DNA of 64,000 nucleotides from Octopus bimaculoides. Taxonomy: Eukaryota. Below, in pieces: positions 25,223 to 38,599 of this stretch; positions within the stretch are counted from its first letter, which is position 1; each line of letters begins with the position of its first letter. A program made the position numbers and the translations under genes. Location of the stretch: the NCBI RefSeq assembly GCF_001194135.2, contig NC_068988.1:80753113-80817112 (forward strand), given 5' to 3'. The notes beneath the pieces are model-generated. The model was not told where the DNA came from. It worked only from the letters and a program-made list of their open reading frames with translations, and made no database searches.

Positions 25223-26946
25223 TGCTGTTGATCTGTCTCAGGTCAAAGTGTTCCAACTATGACCCTCCAGTATTTTACAATGGTAAGGTGTGATACCAGG
25301 GAGATCAGGGTGCTACATCTAACAGGTTGAGCAACTGTGCAGAAACTGGCTCATGTTTCAGTATTAGTGTAATGTCACAGCAGGGGCTAAATGGTTAAGA
25401 AATTTGCTTCATAATTATGACATCCCAGGTTCAACCCCACTGGATGGCGTTTTGATTTTGAATAAAACGTTTTTTAACCACAACCTTAGATTGCCCTAAG
25501 CCATGTGTTTAGAACTGGGTGGATGGAGACTGCTGAAAGCCTGTCGCATGGATTGTACTTCTAATTTAATGGTACAGCCTTGTCGGGATCCACACTAAAC
25601 CACCCTAAGACCAAAACCCACCTCTGGACTATGTGAATGAGAGGAAGACCATGGAGGAATGGAAGAATTTCTGAATGGCCTAGGGCACAGTATCAGGTTA
25701 TAGTAAAATGAACTTTATATGAACCTCAACACTTAATGAGGTTTTTAATATTTGTTTTAATTTTTCAAAGATATGGTATGTTCTTTTTAATATGCTTATT
25801 TTTGTGATTGGGGTTATATAATTACTGTAATATTTTACATCTCAGAAAAGTGTTCATAAACTATCAATAAATAAGAATTGAAATTATGTTTTAAAAATTG
25901 CTTTTTTTTTTTTGTCCTAGTGGAATTTTGTCCTTAGGGTTTTTTTCCCTTGAATGTTCTGTCCTAAGGGGTTTTGTCCTACACTCAGCCTTGTCACACT
26001 GTTACACAGACTCTACCTGACAACTCCATTAAAAGTACACATGTCTGGGGAATACTCTGCCACTTTCATACTAATTCAATGAACAAGAAATTCAGCTTAA
26101 TGCCATCACTGAAACTGATGGCGATCCATTATTTAAGTGTGGGGTACTGCCTCTTGCTGCTACTACTACTACTACTGCTGATGCTGTTGCTGATGATGAT
26201 GATAATGATGAGGATGATGCCTTGCTACTATTGCTGTTATTGTTTTTGCTATTGTTGTTAATGTTGTTGTGCAGTCAGACATGCAGTCTTTCCCAGTCGC
26301 CCCATAGGCTGATAATTTCTCTTGATGGGGGTCATTGTGCTGATACTCTTTTGAGTGAGACTTGTATGAAGGAGGGGAAAATAGTGTCAGTGTAGTAATA
26401 ATGATGATGCTGATGTTGTAGCTGTTGCTTGCACTGTTATTATTACTGATGCAGCTGGTTTTCTGCCAGCAAACATGTAATGCAGTGACTGCCGCAGCAA
26501 CAGCTGCTGCTACCGGGTTTCATGCATTCCAACTGCAAGTAATCTTCATTTCTACTGGAGAAAGTTCAATGAACTGAGGAGAATGTGAAGTGAAATAAGG
26601 CAGAATGTGAGGAGGAGTGAAAGGGGGGAGGGGGAGACAGAGACGTATAGACAGAAAGTTCAGTACTTCTTAATGTACTCTTGGAGCTGATTTTAGTGGT
26701 GTTAACAGTTGGCTGTCATTAAGAGTTGGCTGTGTGGTTAAGAAGCTTTCTTCCCACCCGTGTACTTTCAGGCTCAGCTCCACCCACTGTATGGTACATT
26801 GAGAATGTGTCTTTTATTATAGCCCCAGACCAGCCAGAGCTTTATGAGTGGATGTGGTGGATTTGTTAGATGGAAACTGAATGAAGGTAATTGTGTGCAT
26901 GTGTGTGTGTGTATGCATATATATATGTGTGTGTGTGTGGTGTGTG

Positions 26947-26983
<37 letters not shown>

Positions 26984-27029
26984 ATATATACTTACAAGAT
27001 GAGCAAAAGTGTCCATACACTGCTATATT

Positions 27030-28010
27030 TATATATGTTGTGTCTTGCTTGACACTGATATGTCCCACATTATAACGATGTACTTCATCATCTGTGTGAC
27101 TGGCCCAAACAGCGTACCTCACCGACTGACACCACTTGTGTCTGTCCACAATTTATTTCTAGTGGAACAGGCCACTACTCTCACTCAGTGCTTGTCCTCC
27201 ACAACACCTCTTCTTTTGAGATTTAAAAGAAAATTTTTTTCTTTACACTGCATTATATTCCCTTTTTTTTATCTTCACACAGCATTATTATATATATTAT
27301 TTTTCATATTCCATTTCTTTTTCTTCTTCTCCAGAATGTTCCAGGTAGTTCCAGCTCTACATTCTTCCCAGTAATGCTACAAATATATGAGCGACCTGAC
27401 TGAAATCCTTCAACAGACTTGTATTATTATTTTTTTTTTCTTCTTCTTAACACCACATTATTATATATATATATTTTTTTCATATTCCATTTCTTTTTCT
27501 CCCACACACAAAATTTTTTTCTCCAGAATGCCTCAGGTAGTATTGGCTCTACGTTCTTACCAGTAGCACTACAAACACATAGCAACCTGACTGAAATCCT
27601 TCAAACGGACTTATATTATTTTTTTCTGTGTCCCACTATTGTAGAGTGTGTGAAATTAGATTCCTTGTCACCATTTTTATAAAGCGAGAGGATTTTCAAT
27701 ATTTTCCACTGTGTGTAGTTTGAAGCCTTCTTCAATAGGATTTTTTAATATTTTCCACTGTGTATTTCGAATCCTTCTTCAACAAGATTTTTAATATTTT
27801 CCACTGCATGTAAGCTTTGAATCCTCATCACCACTGTTGTATCTTGCTCAACACTGATATGTCCCGCATTATAATGGCATACTTTGTCGTTTGTGTGACT
27901 GGTCCGAATGATGTACCTTGCCAACTGACACCACCTTTTGTGTCTGTCCACTATTTATTTGTAGTGGGACAACCCACTACTCTCACTCGGGGGTATCCTC
28001 CACAGCAATA
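27030..28010. repeat. Composite block of nested direct repeats
   Basis: ~175-bp repeat at ~27030-27205 and ~27835-28008 encloses a ~190-bp tandem pair (~27250-27620) and three ~45-bp units with aatattttccactg (~27690-27815). Confidence 0.8.
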
Positions 28011-29074
28011 TATAAATCCAAAAAAATGGAACAAGAATGCAACAGACGGCAATAAAACATCCGGACAGATAGACGATACAAAGACGGACAGGAAAAACAA
28101 TGAAAAGACAGATAGGAAAAAACAAGGATGGGTCATTTGCATCCTTCTTTCAAGTTTCCAGATCATCCTTACAGTTTTGGCCAGTTATACTTGAGACTGT
28201 TCAAATCTGGCTGGCCCCAAAAATGTAAGCTAAGAGCATTAAATATTTTGTGAGAAAGTAAGTGAATGTGTTCGACAACAAAGACAAAAAAATGGAGTGA
28301 ACTGCTAAGTTACAGGGACATAAACACACCAACGTCGGTTGTCAATTGGGACAGACACAGACACATTAGGGGACAGACACAGACACATAAGCATATGTAC
28401 ATACATATATATATATAATAATATAAATAATATATGCCTATATGGGTACAGGATGTTACTAACTGTAAACAGCATAAAGTTCGAAAACAAGCGAGAGAAA
28501 ACAGGGAGAGAAAAAATTGAAAACAGGACAAGTAATACAAAGAACGACCCTTCATCAACTGTTGGCTGTCCATCTACTCCTCATTTCAAGCATTCAACGA
28601 CAATGTGAGTCTTCAAAGACAGTTGCTTCCAAAAATTCCAAAATAAAGTTTTGAATTTATGGAGGATCAAAGTTGGGAACAAAAGCACGTCAGTGGAAAC
28701 ATACAAGGAAGCTGAAAGAAAACAATCACGGAGGGTTGTTAGACCAGAACGAGGAGGAAAATAGTGAACGCTGGAAGAAATATTTTCTTTGAAAAGAGAA
28801 AAGATAGAAGAGTGGGATAGAAGATGTCCAGTCTTTAGAACATCGCGTAGGAAAAGGAAGATGGACGATGGTCATGTGTGAGCAACGAGAGAGAGAAAAG
28901 GAGAAAGAGGAGGAGAGAGAGGAGACAGAAAATGGTGAAGGAGAGAAAAAGGGAATTAGAGAAGGATGTGGGAGAAAACAGTATAGGGTAGAGTCGCATG
29001 AAAAAAGTTAAGATAAACTTACTTGGAAATGGATGCGTGGTGTTCAATTAAATAATAATATAAGTATGTATGTA

Positions 29075-29109
<35 letters not shown>

Positions 29110-30170
29110 NNNNNNNNNNNNNNNNNNNNNNNNNNNNNNNNNNNNNNNNNNNNNNNNNNNNNNNNNNNNNNNNNNNNNNNNNNNNNNNNNNNNNNNNNNN
29201 NNNNNNNNNNNNNNNNNNNNNNNNNNNNNNNNNNNNNNNNNNNNNNNNNNNNNNNNNNNNNNNNNNNNNNNNNNNNNNNNNNNNNNNNNNNNNNNNNNNN
29301 NNNNNNNNNNNNNNNNNNNNNNNNNNNNNNNNNNNNNNNNNNNNNNNNNNNNNNNNNNNNNNNNNNNNNNNNNNNNNNNNNNNNNNNNNNNNNNNNNNNN
29401 NNNNNNNNNNNNNNNNNNNNNNNNNNNNNNNNNNNNNNNNNNNNNNNNNNNNNNNNNNNNNNNNNNNNNNNNNNNNNNNNNNNNNNNNNNNNNNNNNNNN
29501 NNNNNNNNNNNNNNNNNNNNNNNNNNNNNNNNNNNNNNNNNNNNNNNNNNNNNNNNNNNNNNNNNNNNNNNNNNNNNNNNNNNNNNNNNNNNNNNNNNNN
29601 NNNNNNNNNNNNNNNNNNNNNNNNNNNNNNNNNNNNNNNNNNNNNNNNNNNNNNNNNNNNNNNNNNNNNNNNNNNNNNNNNNNNNNNNNNNNNNNNNNNN
29701 NNNNNNNNNNNNNNNNNNNNNNNNNNNNNNNNNNNNNNNNNNNNNNNNNNNNNNNNNNNNNNNNNNNNNNNNNNNNNNNNNNNNNNNNNNNNNNNNNNNN
29801 NNNNNNNNNNNNNNNNNNNNNNNNNNNNNNNNNNNNNNNNNNNNNNNNNNNNNNNNNNNNNNNNNNNNNNNNNNNNNNNNNNNNNNNNNNNNNNNNNNNN
29901 NNNNNNNNNNNNNNNNNNNNNNNNNNNNNNNNNNNNNNNNNNNNNNNNNNNNNNNNNNNNNNNNNNNNNNNNNNNNNNNNNNNNNNNNNNNNNNNNNNNN
30001 NNNNNNNNNNNNNNNNNNNNNNNNNNNNNNNNNNNNNNNNNNNNNNNNNNNNNNNNNNNNNNNNNNNGTAACAGGTAGTAGGTAGTAGCAGTCTTAAAAG
30101 AATGTTTGATAAGAGTTCGAGTTCTTGGTTTTGATTGTTTAAACAGCAGTTGTAGCTGAGGCAGTGAACA

Positions 30171-30252
30171 AGAAGGAGGAGGAGGAGGAGGAGAAGGAGG
30201 AGAAGAAGAAGAAGAAGAAGAAGAAGAAGAAGAAGAAGAAGAAGAAGAAGGA
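30171..30252. repeat. (GAG)n(GAA)n microsatellite
   Basis: Direct inspection. Confidence 0.95.
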
Positions 30253-30399
30253 GAGAGTGGTATAACAGTAGTAGGATGTTGGTGGAATACTCTTAAATGG
30301 TCAAGTGACCTAAAAGTGACCTGTTGTAGTTTTAATAGTAGTGATTGGAATTGTCCTGAATAATTTGATGGGTAGTGACTGTTCTGAATATATCATTTT

Positions 30400-31960
30400 T
30401 AATATTTGTGTGGGTATTATTCTAAGGCCCTTGTAGTAGTGTCATTTGTGGTAGTCTCATTCAAAAGGGGTTTATATTTTGTGATAAAATATGACTCTGT
30501 TAATACGCTGACTGCAGGTTGCATCGTCCCTAAATTTATAGAGTGGAAATATTCTGAAGTTGGATTGTTTGTTAGTGGCGCAAATGTTGATGCGTTCACT
30601 GAAGGCTATTTTTCTGTATTCCCGAATTTTGGTCTGAGATCTATGTAGAGCCATCCTTTGACTGTTTTTGGTTTGGCCTATGTATTGCTCTTGACATCCA
30701 GAGCAAGTTACTACATATATTAGGTTCTCCAAAGCACATGTAAAGTTGTTTTTCACTGTAAAACATTGACCCTGTTTGAAAGAGAACTCCGACCCCTCAA
30801 TCAGGTTGACGCATATACCACAGTTAGGTCTTTCACATTTTTTTACTGACGGCTTCAGTGTTATTGTCAAGTGTACTTGGGCTTCTCTGTTAGGAGACTT
30901 TTCATAGATTTGGGTTGTTTTTGCTCTTTCTGATGGTGTGAATTTGGAGGATTTAATTCATTCTGTGGTCTCTTTTTAGTAGAGGAATGTTCTGGAGGAT
31001 GGTGTCGAAGGCTTCATTGTTAAGGGGTTTGTGTGTGGAGATGTATGGTAGGGCTTTTGGTTGTAAATCCTTCTTTAGTTTGGGATGTCTGAGTTCATTG
31101 ATGTTGAGTTGTAGGGCACGTTGAAAGCCTATATCAATTAGTAATGGTGGGTAGTTCATGGTAATGAGTGTATCCTTTAGTTCATGTAGTCGTGTGTCCC
31201 TGGTGCTTGTATTAGAAACTATAGTACAAATCCCTTTTGCTAGGTTGAAAGGGATATTCATTCTAGTGTGTCTGGGGTGGCATGAGTTGAACAGTAGATA
31301 CTACTTGGAGTCTGTGAGCTTATAGTATATATCTATTTCTGTTTTGTTGTTGGATTTCTTAATGAGGATGTCGAGGAATGGAAGTTGTTGATGGCTATAT
31401 TCCATTGTAAATTGAATGTTTATGTCAAGTCCATTTATAAGTACTTGAAATTCCTTAAGTCGCTCTATACTTTCATGCTAAAGAATGAAACAGTCATCCA
31501 TATGCCTATTCCAGTTATTTTCTATGTAGAGGGAGAATGGGTTGCCATATTTTTCTAGTACCTTACAATAAAGACTGATTTCTAGATATCCAATGACTAG
31601 GTTAGCAAAGGAGGGGGCCATTCTCGTACCCATCACAGTCCCTGATTTTTGTTGATAGAAGTTGTCTTTGAAGAAAAAGTAGTTATTCTCCAAGATGAAT
31701 TTTAGCCCTTCTATTACAAATTCTTCTTTGATGCGATGTGGGAGTAATTCTCTAGCCAGAATTAAATTGCCTCTATTTCAAGGCTGTGAGAGATATTAGA
31801 ATAGAGATTGACTATGTCAAAGAATACTAATAGGGTGTTTTTGTTTATTGTTTTAGGGAGGTAATTGAGCATATGTAGGCCATCCCTTATGTAGCTTTTG
31901 ATATGCTTCAGGAATAGTTTTTAGAGGGTATCTAAAAAGTTACTGAGGTGATGGGTTTTT
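30400..31960 (-). mobile_element. Decayed Penelope-like element (Neptune-like Cys-rich linker), RT through GIY-YIG
   Basis: NNYFFFKDNFYQQKSGTVMGTRMAPSFANL..NRHMDDCFIL; QFTMEYSHQQLPFLDILI; YLLFNSCHPRHTRMNIPFNLAKGICTIVS; KCERPNCGIC..FTCALENLIYVVTCSGCQEQYIGQT. Confidence 0.93.
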
Positions 31961-33308
31961 CATGCAGGACCTGCTATTATAGGCCTTAATTGAAATGTTT
32001 TGGATCTTTGTGGTTTTTGTCACTGCATGTCAGAATCTTTTAAAAAAAATTTTAATGTGTCATATAGATGTAATTTTTGACACTGAATCTGAATTTGTTA
32101 TTCATTTATTCCATAAAAATTTTGCGAAAATGTTACAGGTGTTCAAAGTTTGATGTTTTTCAGAATTTTCTGCCAATCAGAAAACAGTGTATTCACTGCC
32201 TCTTCTATCAACTGTCACAGTAGCGAGAAAGGCTGGTGTCACTGGCATGTCAAAACATTAAACTAGCTACAGTAAAGAGTGAAAAAGGTTCTAGAATTGA
32301 ATTCCTACAGTTATGTAAGCAAAGAGTTATAGAACACATGGTGGCTACACTCCTTGTGCACATTCGCAGCATCTTTGGTTACTATGGAAACAGAGTTCTT
32401 CACAATCAGCTATGGAATTCATGGTGATGTGTAAAATATTCACTTTTGATTGGCTAAAATACCCAAATTTTGCAAACTTTAAAGGTTAATACCTTTTTAA
32501 TTATGAATCTATGGGGAAAATGAATTTCATTTTCATAATTAATATACAAAACTTAATCCATATACCAAATTTGAAAACAACTGGAACAAAATTCTAGACA
32601 GTGACAATAACCACAAAAATCAGAAATATTTTAAAATAAATTAAGATATCAGTAGTTCATGCTGACTGATGATTTTTGATTAAATACTGTAGCAAACTGA
32701 AATTACCTCCCTCTATGTAACTAGACCTTAGGGATGGTCATTGTTTGAATGTTTATGATCATATCTGCTTAGCCAGGAATGAATCAGCACTAAACAACAA
32801 CAGCCTGGATTTTATCAATTTTGTCCCACATGTCACTTCTGCTTTTTAGCAAACTGCTGTTTGAGCAATATTAATAAACACCAACAACAACAAGGTGTAA
32901 CATATGTCAAAAAAACAAAAAAAAATTATTGGTGTTTTGCAATATTTTAGCATATTTAAGCCATGTTTATATATTGTTTATGATGTAAACTTTGTCTTAG
33001 AACAGATGTTTTAAGGGAACAACAAAAATGTTGTAATCGGTTGGCATGTATATATTTTCTATTTTTGTTTCCTGATTACATACCAATTTCTTTCATTCTG
33101 GTTTCTTTGTATATTTCATATACACTTCTGGTTTCCATAGTTTGTATATTCTCTTGTCTTACATTGGTTGACTGTATTGTATGTAATAACTTTGGTGTAT
33201 TACTACAGCCACCTTTGATCAGTTCTTTGACACAACTCTACAAAAAACTAGCACACATACAATCACCCCCCTCCCCCCTCTCCCCCTCTCTCTCTATCTA
33301 TCTATCTA

Positions 33309-33680
33309 TCAGGTTGTCAAGTATGAAATTTGTAGAAAAGAAAAAACGTTTGCTAATGTTTTATAAATACAAGGAATAGTTTTATTAATCAAAGTATGCA
33401 CCCATATTGTCAATACACTTTTGCCATTTCAGTGGTAGCTTGTCCAGCCCAGAACTGTAAAAGCTCGGCAATCTAGAGTCAATAAAGTTTTGGAAGGCCT
33501 GTTTTACAGCATTGTCAGAATTAAATTTTTTCTTATCAAAAAGTTATCCAAATTCTAGAAGAAGTGGTAGTCAATGGAGGCAAGATCAGGTGATTATGGT
33601 GGATGATGGAGAACTTCCAACTCCAACTCCTGTAGTTTCGTCAATGTCATTTTTGCGACATGTGGTCTGGCATTGATAGA
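33309..33680 (-). mobile_element. Mariner transposase 3' fragment with one TIR
   Basis: NARPHVAKMTLTKLQELELEVLHHPP*SPDLASIDYHFF*NLDNFL..LPLKWQKCIDNMGAYFD*. Confidence 0.88.
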
Positions 33681-34831
33681 GAACTCCAGTCAGGTTGTAA
33701 AGTTCTTTCTTTCCATGCTGGTTTGAAAAGTTATTGATTCCACCTTAGTGAGAGATCAACTCCAAGGTTGCCTTTTCTAGAAGAAATTTCGTTCAATAGT
33801 TTGGTTGAATTCCCCATCATTGCCAGTAACATGTGTATTGTCTGGGTCAATGACACCTCACAGCTTTACAATTACTGATTTATAAAAACTTAGAAATTTA
33901 GACTATAAATTTGATTACAGTTATATGAACAAAATAAGACAACTAGAAATAAAAATGTACTTCATTTGAGAATACATCTGTTCCCACACTGTTTTGAATG
34001 AGTTATTTCCTTTACCAGATAAGCTTTGTGGGGAGAGTGTGGATGTGTGTGGGCTGTCCTATATTATTCTTTGTCTATTTCTGGTCTAATTCAGACGTGT
34101 GTTGTAGTAGTACATTCAGTGATAATTCATTATACAATTCATGTGAAATATACCGTACAATTAGAGTTTGAATAGTTGTTATGTGATAGTCCAAATAATT
34201 TCAACAGTTTCTCAGTGACAAGAATAGATTTACAAAATGCTTGATGTAAATTTATGCTAAAAATGTTGGAAATTTTTGATTTGAAGAAACAGAAATGTTT
34301 ACTAAGTCCAAAATCTAAAATAGAAAGGATCATATTTTGAAATTTAAATTAAAATCAAAGTTCTGTAATATACTGAAACTTTATTGAGTTGAATTAAAAT
34401 TTTTAATATGTAATTACAATCATTCATCTGTCTTTATGTTCTGTTGAGGTTGACTTTGCCTTTCATCCTTTTGGGATTGATAAAATAAATGCCAACTGAG
34501 CACTGGAGTCAATATAATCAATTTACCACCACCCCTGAAATTGCTGGCATTGTGCCAAAATTTGAAATCAATATGTTATATTGATGTCTCCTCTTTTGAC
34601 TTGTCATCAAAATTTTATTAATTTGAAAATTCAAACCAAAAGAACAAAAAAAAAAAAATCTTAAAATGAATGATTTTAAAAATGGTTTCAGACTCTCTTC
34701 CTGATTATGATTGAAGCAAATTGGTTACTTCATTTACAAAATTTGATTTTAACGAAAAGGGAGCCTACAAGGATTATGGACCTTCTATCACTGAATTTAG
34801 GTGTGGGTGTGTGTGAGTGAGTGCCATAGCT

Positions 34832-35920
34832 TATGTGGGTCAACTGAAAAGCTCATAAGCTTACCAAGATACCCACATGGAACGTGACCATATGAGGTTT
34901 ATTTCTTAATGCATTTTCCCTTGTAACTCACACACTCTTTCCATTGGTGTTGCAGTGCTTCGATACTATTGGTGAAGAAGTTCTTTTTATCCTGTTAGTC
35001 ATAAAAGTCATCAACAGAAGATATGACATCATCATTACTGCATTACTGATTCTCAGCCCAGTGTTTTTTCATGTTGGGGAACAGATGATGGTCAGATGGG
35101 ACCAAATGAGAAGAATAGGGTGGATGATCAACCAATTCAAAGCCACAGTCATACACAGCAGCCATTGAAACTAGGGACTTCTGTGCTGGAGCATTATCCT
35201 GATAAAACAAGACCCTTTTCATCAGTTTTCCTGGGTGCTTTGTCTTCATAGCCTTTCATAACTACCTCAGCAAGTTGGCATTGATTTTGTGACCCTTTTG
35301 AAGATAGCCAATAAGCACAATGCCTTTTGCAACCTAAAAAACTGAGGCCATCACCTACCTTGTAGATGAAAGGGAACCAGCTTGATCTGCCTGAAAGAAT
35401 GTCAGATTTTTCCTTATGATCAGCCTGGTGTACTTTTGATCAGGTCTCAGATGTGGCACCCACCAAGCAGAAACCTTCATCATGTCAAGTAAATCACCTG
35501 TCATCCATCATCATGTAGTGAACATGATCAATGTTTTCCTCAGTGGTGGCAGTTGCAGGACATCCAGAATTTGGGTCATCTTTAAGAGCGTCCCTTCCCC
35601 TCCTAAATTCAGCTGCCCGCTTTTGCACTGTTGATAAATGTAACAACCTAATGTAACAACCATGTCAACATGAATGTCCTTGGAGCCTAAACCTTTTGCT
35701 GCAGGTACTTGATAACACCATAATGCCAAATTTTGTTGATTTTCAAGAGAAGTCACCAGTTACTTTTGAAGTCTTATTTGAACAGTCAGTTGTCAGTTTA
35801 GCTGGAAAAAAAACAGTATAGTTATTAATAAGAAGGGTTGAAATTAATGCATGCGAGATTTCACAGCTCTGGTGTCACTCCTTCATAGTCTGTCTATGAA
35901 CTTTTCAGCCCATTCTTGTA
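34832..35920 (-). mobile_element. Decayed mariner with both TIRs (internally deleted)
   Basis: Degenerate TIRs TAtgtgggtcaactgaaaagctcata / tatgaacttttcagcccattcttgTA; VLFYQDNAPAQKS..GFELVDHPPYSSHLVPSDHHLFPNMKK. Confidence 0.85.
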
Positions 35921-36516
35921 TTGTGTCATTGAAAGACTGTTTAGAAATTTGATTGTCATGTTGAAGATCTAAGACAAGTATTCCTGACACATTCAACAGT
36001 GAGTTCTACCATTTTGTTTACAGTTAAGTAAACTGAAGTATTGGGAATAAAGCAACACAGAGATAACTTTGATTATTTTCAATGTTGTCAACATTCTGAA
36101 ACAGCCACAATGAAGTTAAATGTGGTGATTAGGCAAAAATATTAAGATTAAATAATACTGTTTTCTGACTGAGCAAGCAACAGAGACAATCTCCAAATGT
36201 TTCTGACAAGTTAAGCTTTATCAGCTGAAACATAGATTTCACCATTGCTTGTTTGTACCTTATTGAGAGTAAAGTATTTTATATATAGACACTGCTAAAC
36301 TAGTGAAGGTTAGACTCTTCAATAAGCAATATTGCCTGATTAGATGTGGTCACATGTCTTCCATTTTCACAGCAACACATAGGAAACTTTGCGAAAAGAT
36401 ATCTGTGAGAAATGATTAAGTAAGCATCACTAAATCTTTATATCTTTCTAATTACCATGCTGTTTAAAAAAATACCAGAATTGTTTGAAAAACATTAATG
36501 TTTTTTGATTTTACAG

Positions 36517-36786
36517 GTTTGAGTGTGTAAAAGTGTATCCATTGCAACATTATGGAGTCTTCACAAAAACATTGGGTTCAAGAACTATTTCCCCCTGCAT
36601 TCCAGTATTCTGAAGATGATTTCAGTCTAATATGTAACCCAAAGTACACATCAAGAATCTCTAGCAAAAGCCCAGGGATTACTGCAAATGAAATTAAAGA
36701 CGTCTATCAGAAAGTAGCTGAAATAAATCTTGCAAAGAAAATAGCTGAAGAGAAAAAAGCAGCTGACATTAAACAACGAGAAAATG
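36517..36786 (+). CDS. Probable first coding exon of an unidentified host gene (ATG at 36552; 78 codons, phase-1 donor)
   Basis: Acceptor ttttttgattttacAG ends at 36516; in-frame TAA at 36528; MESSQKHWVQELFPPAFQYSEDDFSLICNPKYTSRISSKSPGITANEIKDVYQKVAEINLAKKIAEEKKAADIKQREN; donor G/GTAACT at 36787; non-repetitive sequence with natural amino-acid composition. Confidence 0.65.
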
Positions 36787-36818
36787 GTAACTTTGCTTTC
36801 ATATCTTACTTTGTCAGG

Positions 36819-36854
<36 letters not shown>

Positions 36855-37424
36855 AGATAAATACATAGATAGATAAATAGATATGCAACAAAGCCTCCAT
36901 AAATTAGAAACCCCTAAACAAGTATAACCCTTAAACCAGAATTAGATTCCTAATGAAGAGCCATTACACAATATCGATGTATGGAATAATATATACAACA
37001 AAATTACCATAAACTAAAAAATTAAGAACTCTTTAAACAAATTTAACCTTACTAGAACTAGAATTTCAATGAAGGACTATTTAGAACCATGACACAAAAG
37101 GTTCACTGACAATGACACATACACAAAAAAGAAAAAAAAAAAACCCCTAAGAGCAAGCACATGAAAACATATACATTCCATCTTCAGCTACTGAACAGAT
37201 ATCATTATAGTTTCAACACCATAAATATCTTAGATATAATAAAATGCAATGTGGTCACACTGATACAGGGAAACTAAAACAACAGATAGAGTGAGAGTGA
37301 GTAGCAGTCAGAGATACTAAATGCAGGAAAACTGCAGTAAAAGGTTTTGCACTGTTGATGCTGGCATTCTAATCAAAATAAACTGCAAATTTTTATCAAA
37401 TTATATTTATCACTTATATACTCA

Positions 37425-37581
37425 GGCACAGGAGTGGCTGTGTGGTAAGTAGCTTGCCTACCAACCACATGGTTCCAGGTTCAGTCCTACTGCACCTTGG
37501 GCAAGTATTTTCTACTATAGCCTTGGGCTGACCAAAGCTTTGTAAATGGATTTAGTAGGTGGAAACTGAAAGAAGCCCGTC

Positions 37582-37585
<4 letters not shown>
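37425..37585 (+). mobile_element. SINE family B tRNA-like head running into (AT)n and a gap
   Basis: ggcacaggagtggctgtgtggtaagtagcttgc..ggttccaggttcagtcc. Confidence 0.9.
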
Positions 37586-37615
<30 letters not shown>

Positions 37616-38051
37616 NNNNNNNNNNNNNNNNNNNNNNNNNNNNNNNNNNNNNNNNNNNNNNNNNNNNNNNNNNNNNNNNNNNNNNNNNNNNNNNNNNNNN
37701 NNNNNNNNNNNNNNNNNNNNNNNNNNNNNNNNNNNNNNNNNNNNNNNNNNNNNNNNNNNNNNNNNNNNNNNNNNNNNNNNNNNNNNNNNNNNNNNNNNNN
37801 NNNNNNNNNNNNNNNNNNNNNNNNNNNNNNNNNNNNNNNNNNNNNNNNNNNNNNNNNNNNNNNNNNNNNNNNNNNNNNNNNNNNNNNNNNNNNNNNNNNN
37901 NNNNNNNNNNNNNNNNNNNNNNNNNNNNNNNNNNNNNNNNNNNNNNNNNNNNNNNNNNNNNNNNNNNNNNNNNNNNNNNTATATATATATATATATATAT
38001 ATATCTCGACGATAAAGAGAGCTCAAAACTGATCCATTGAAAATACTTTAT

Positions 38052-38100
<49 letters not shown>

Positions 38101-38599
38101 TTAATAATAATGAAATTGACCAAATTTTTGGTGTAAAAAAATATATTTAAACATATATATATATATATATATATATAAATATATATAAATATATATACAT
38201 GTGTGTGTGTGTATATATGTATATGTCAGTGCAGGAGTGGCTATGAGGACAGAAACTTGTTTCCCAACCACATGATTCTGGGTTTAGTACCCCTGCGTGG
38301 CACATTGTGAGTGGATTTGGTAGCTGGAAACTGAAAGAAGCCCATCATGTCTGTGTGTCTGTGTGTCTGTGTGTGACCCTTTCTCCATTTACGAAAACCT
38401 GTCCTCACAGTAGAATGCCATCCTCCCTGTTGATGAAGATTGTGTTGCATGAACCCTGTGCCAGTGCCATATAAAAAGCACTTGTGCTGGTATCATGTGA
38501 GAGCAATCATACTGGTGGGCCAATACAAAACACCCAGCACTGCAAGGTAAATATGTATGTTTTAGTTTAATGTTTAATGTTTGGGAATGTGAGAAAGTG

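Noticed and set aside
24921-25262. Poly-Ser and poly-Thr ORFs
   Set aside because: Translations of a (TAG/CAG)n microsatellite; no splice or homology support.
29033-30085. Long ORFs of 150-350 aa (also at 21.9, 37.5, 49.0, 53.8, 56.4, 57.4 and 60.8 kb)
   Set aside because: They are read-through of N gaps.
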